Below, in pieces: positions 63,521 through 64,000 of a stretch of 64,000 nucleotides of DNA. Below the pieces are notes generated by a model that did not search any database, had not been told where the DNA came from, and was given only the letters and a program-made list of their open reading frames with translations. Positions within the stretch are counted from its first letter, which is position 1. Each line of letters opens with the position of its first letter. Origin of the DNA: Selaginella moellendorffii (lineage: Eukaryota; Plantae; Lycopodiophyta); NCBI RefSeq assembly GCF_000143415.4, contig NW_003314263.1:4344159-4408158 (forward strand). Reading direction: 5' to 3'. A program made the translations under genes and the position numbers.

Positions 63521-64000
63521 GATATTAGTTGTAGGCAACATACTTTGTTTTAGAAGGTGCTATCATATCACATACAATTGTTTACAAAATGTTGAAGGAC
63601 GAGATGGCAACACATAAGCGTTACAAAGTGATGGTGATAGATGAGAATGATAATTTGCAATTATGATATCTGACACTATCACTGACATCTGACACTTTCA
63701 CAAACATCTGACATATAACAAGTTTTTCATTTTATGTAAGGATGTAATTAACTTTCTATTGCCTCATCATCAACATATTGATTTCTTTTATGCTTCCCCC
63801 TATATTGGTATTATGGGGAAGATTCACTTTGCATATGTTGAGCCATGGCTTCTGCATAGTCGGAGAGACTTCCAAAGCTTCCAATTCTAGAAAGTTTAGG
63901 TGACTATAATCAATAAAATAGAACTAAATATATATTGAAATTTTAATAACTATAATTTACCTCCTTGAGGTTGGAGGCAATTCACGAAATCCTCTGAGCC

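Larger units (their letters stand above)
61726..64000 (-). mobile_element. Element D, copy 2 (runs off the window end), with HAD-domain remnant
   Basis: Homologous to 37102-37620 and 43311-43838; retains the ~600 bp missing from copy 1. Confidence 0.65.

Overview
Repeat-dense, heavily nested land-plant genomic DNA. TTTAGGG telo-boxes, a Cassandra TRIM, plant tRNA-type PBSs and very short 42-50 nt GT-AG introns point to a non-seed plant such as a lycophyte or fern (inference). The first 5 kb hold AT-rich genes for putatively secreted proteins (a bulb-type lectin fusion and a small secreted protein) and a MULE remnant. The main feature is a 16.3-kb DNA transposon (5980-22266; TIRs, CTAG TSD). 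It encodes a DUF7869/Sola-like DDD transposase and, divergently, a reconstructed multi-exon cargo gene (one junction unresolved): ParB/Srx-like domain, degenerate N4/N6 amino-methyltransferase-like domain, low-complexity linker, FCP1/NIF-type HAD phosphatase. About 18 copies of a 22-bp palindrome (ATGGCRTG-WGGCCW-CAYGCCAT) lie inside this element, concentrated in its introns, and I saw none outside it. Parts of the same cargo architecture recur in other elements: amino-MTase plus HAD remnants at 43795-43988 and 62130-62797, and a second ParB-like gene at about 58270-59300 with its own upstream palindrome array. This suggests a transposon-borne ParB/MTase/HAD plus cognate-palindrome system. The rest is a CACTA remnant, several LTR/Gypsy elements (some with TSDs), an L1-type LINE carrying a tandem Cassandra, a MULE-SWIM transposase remnant and a 100-N gap.
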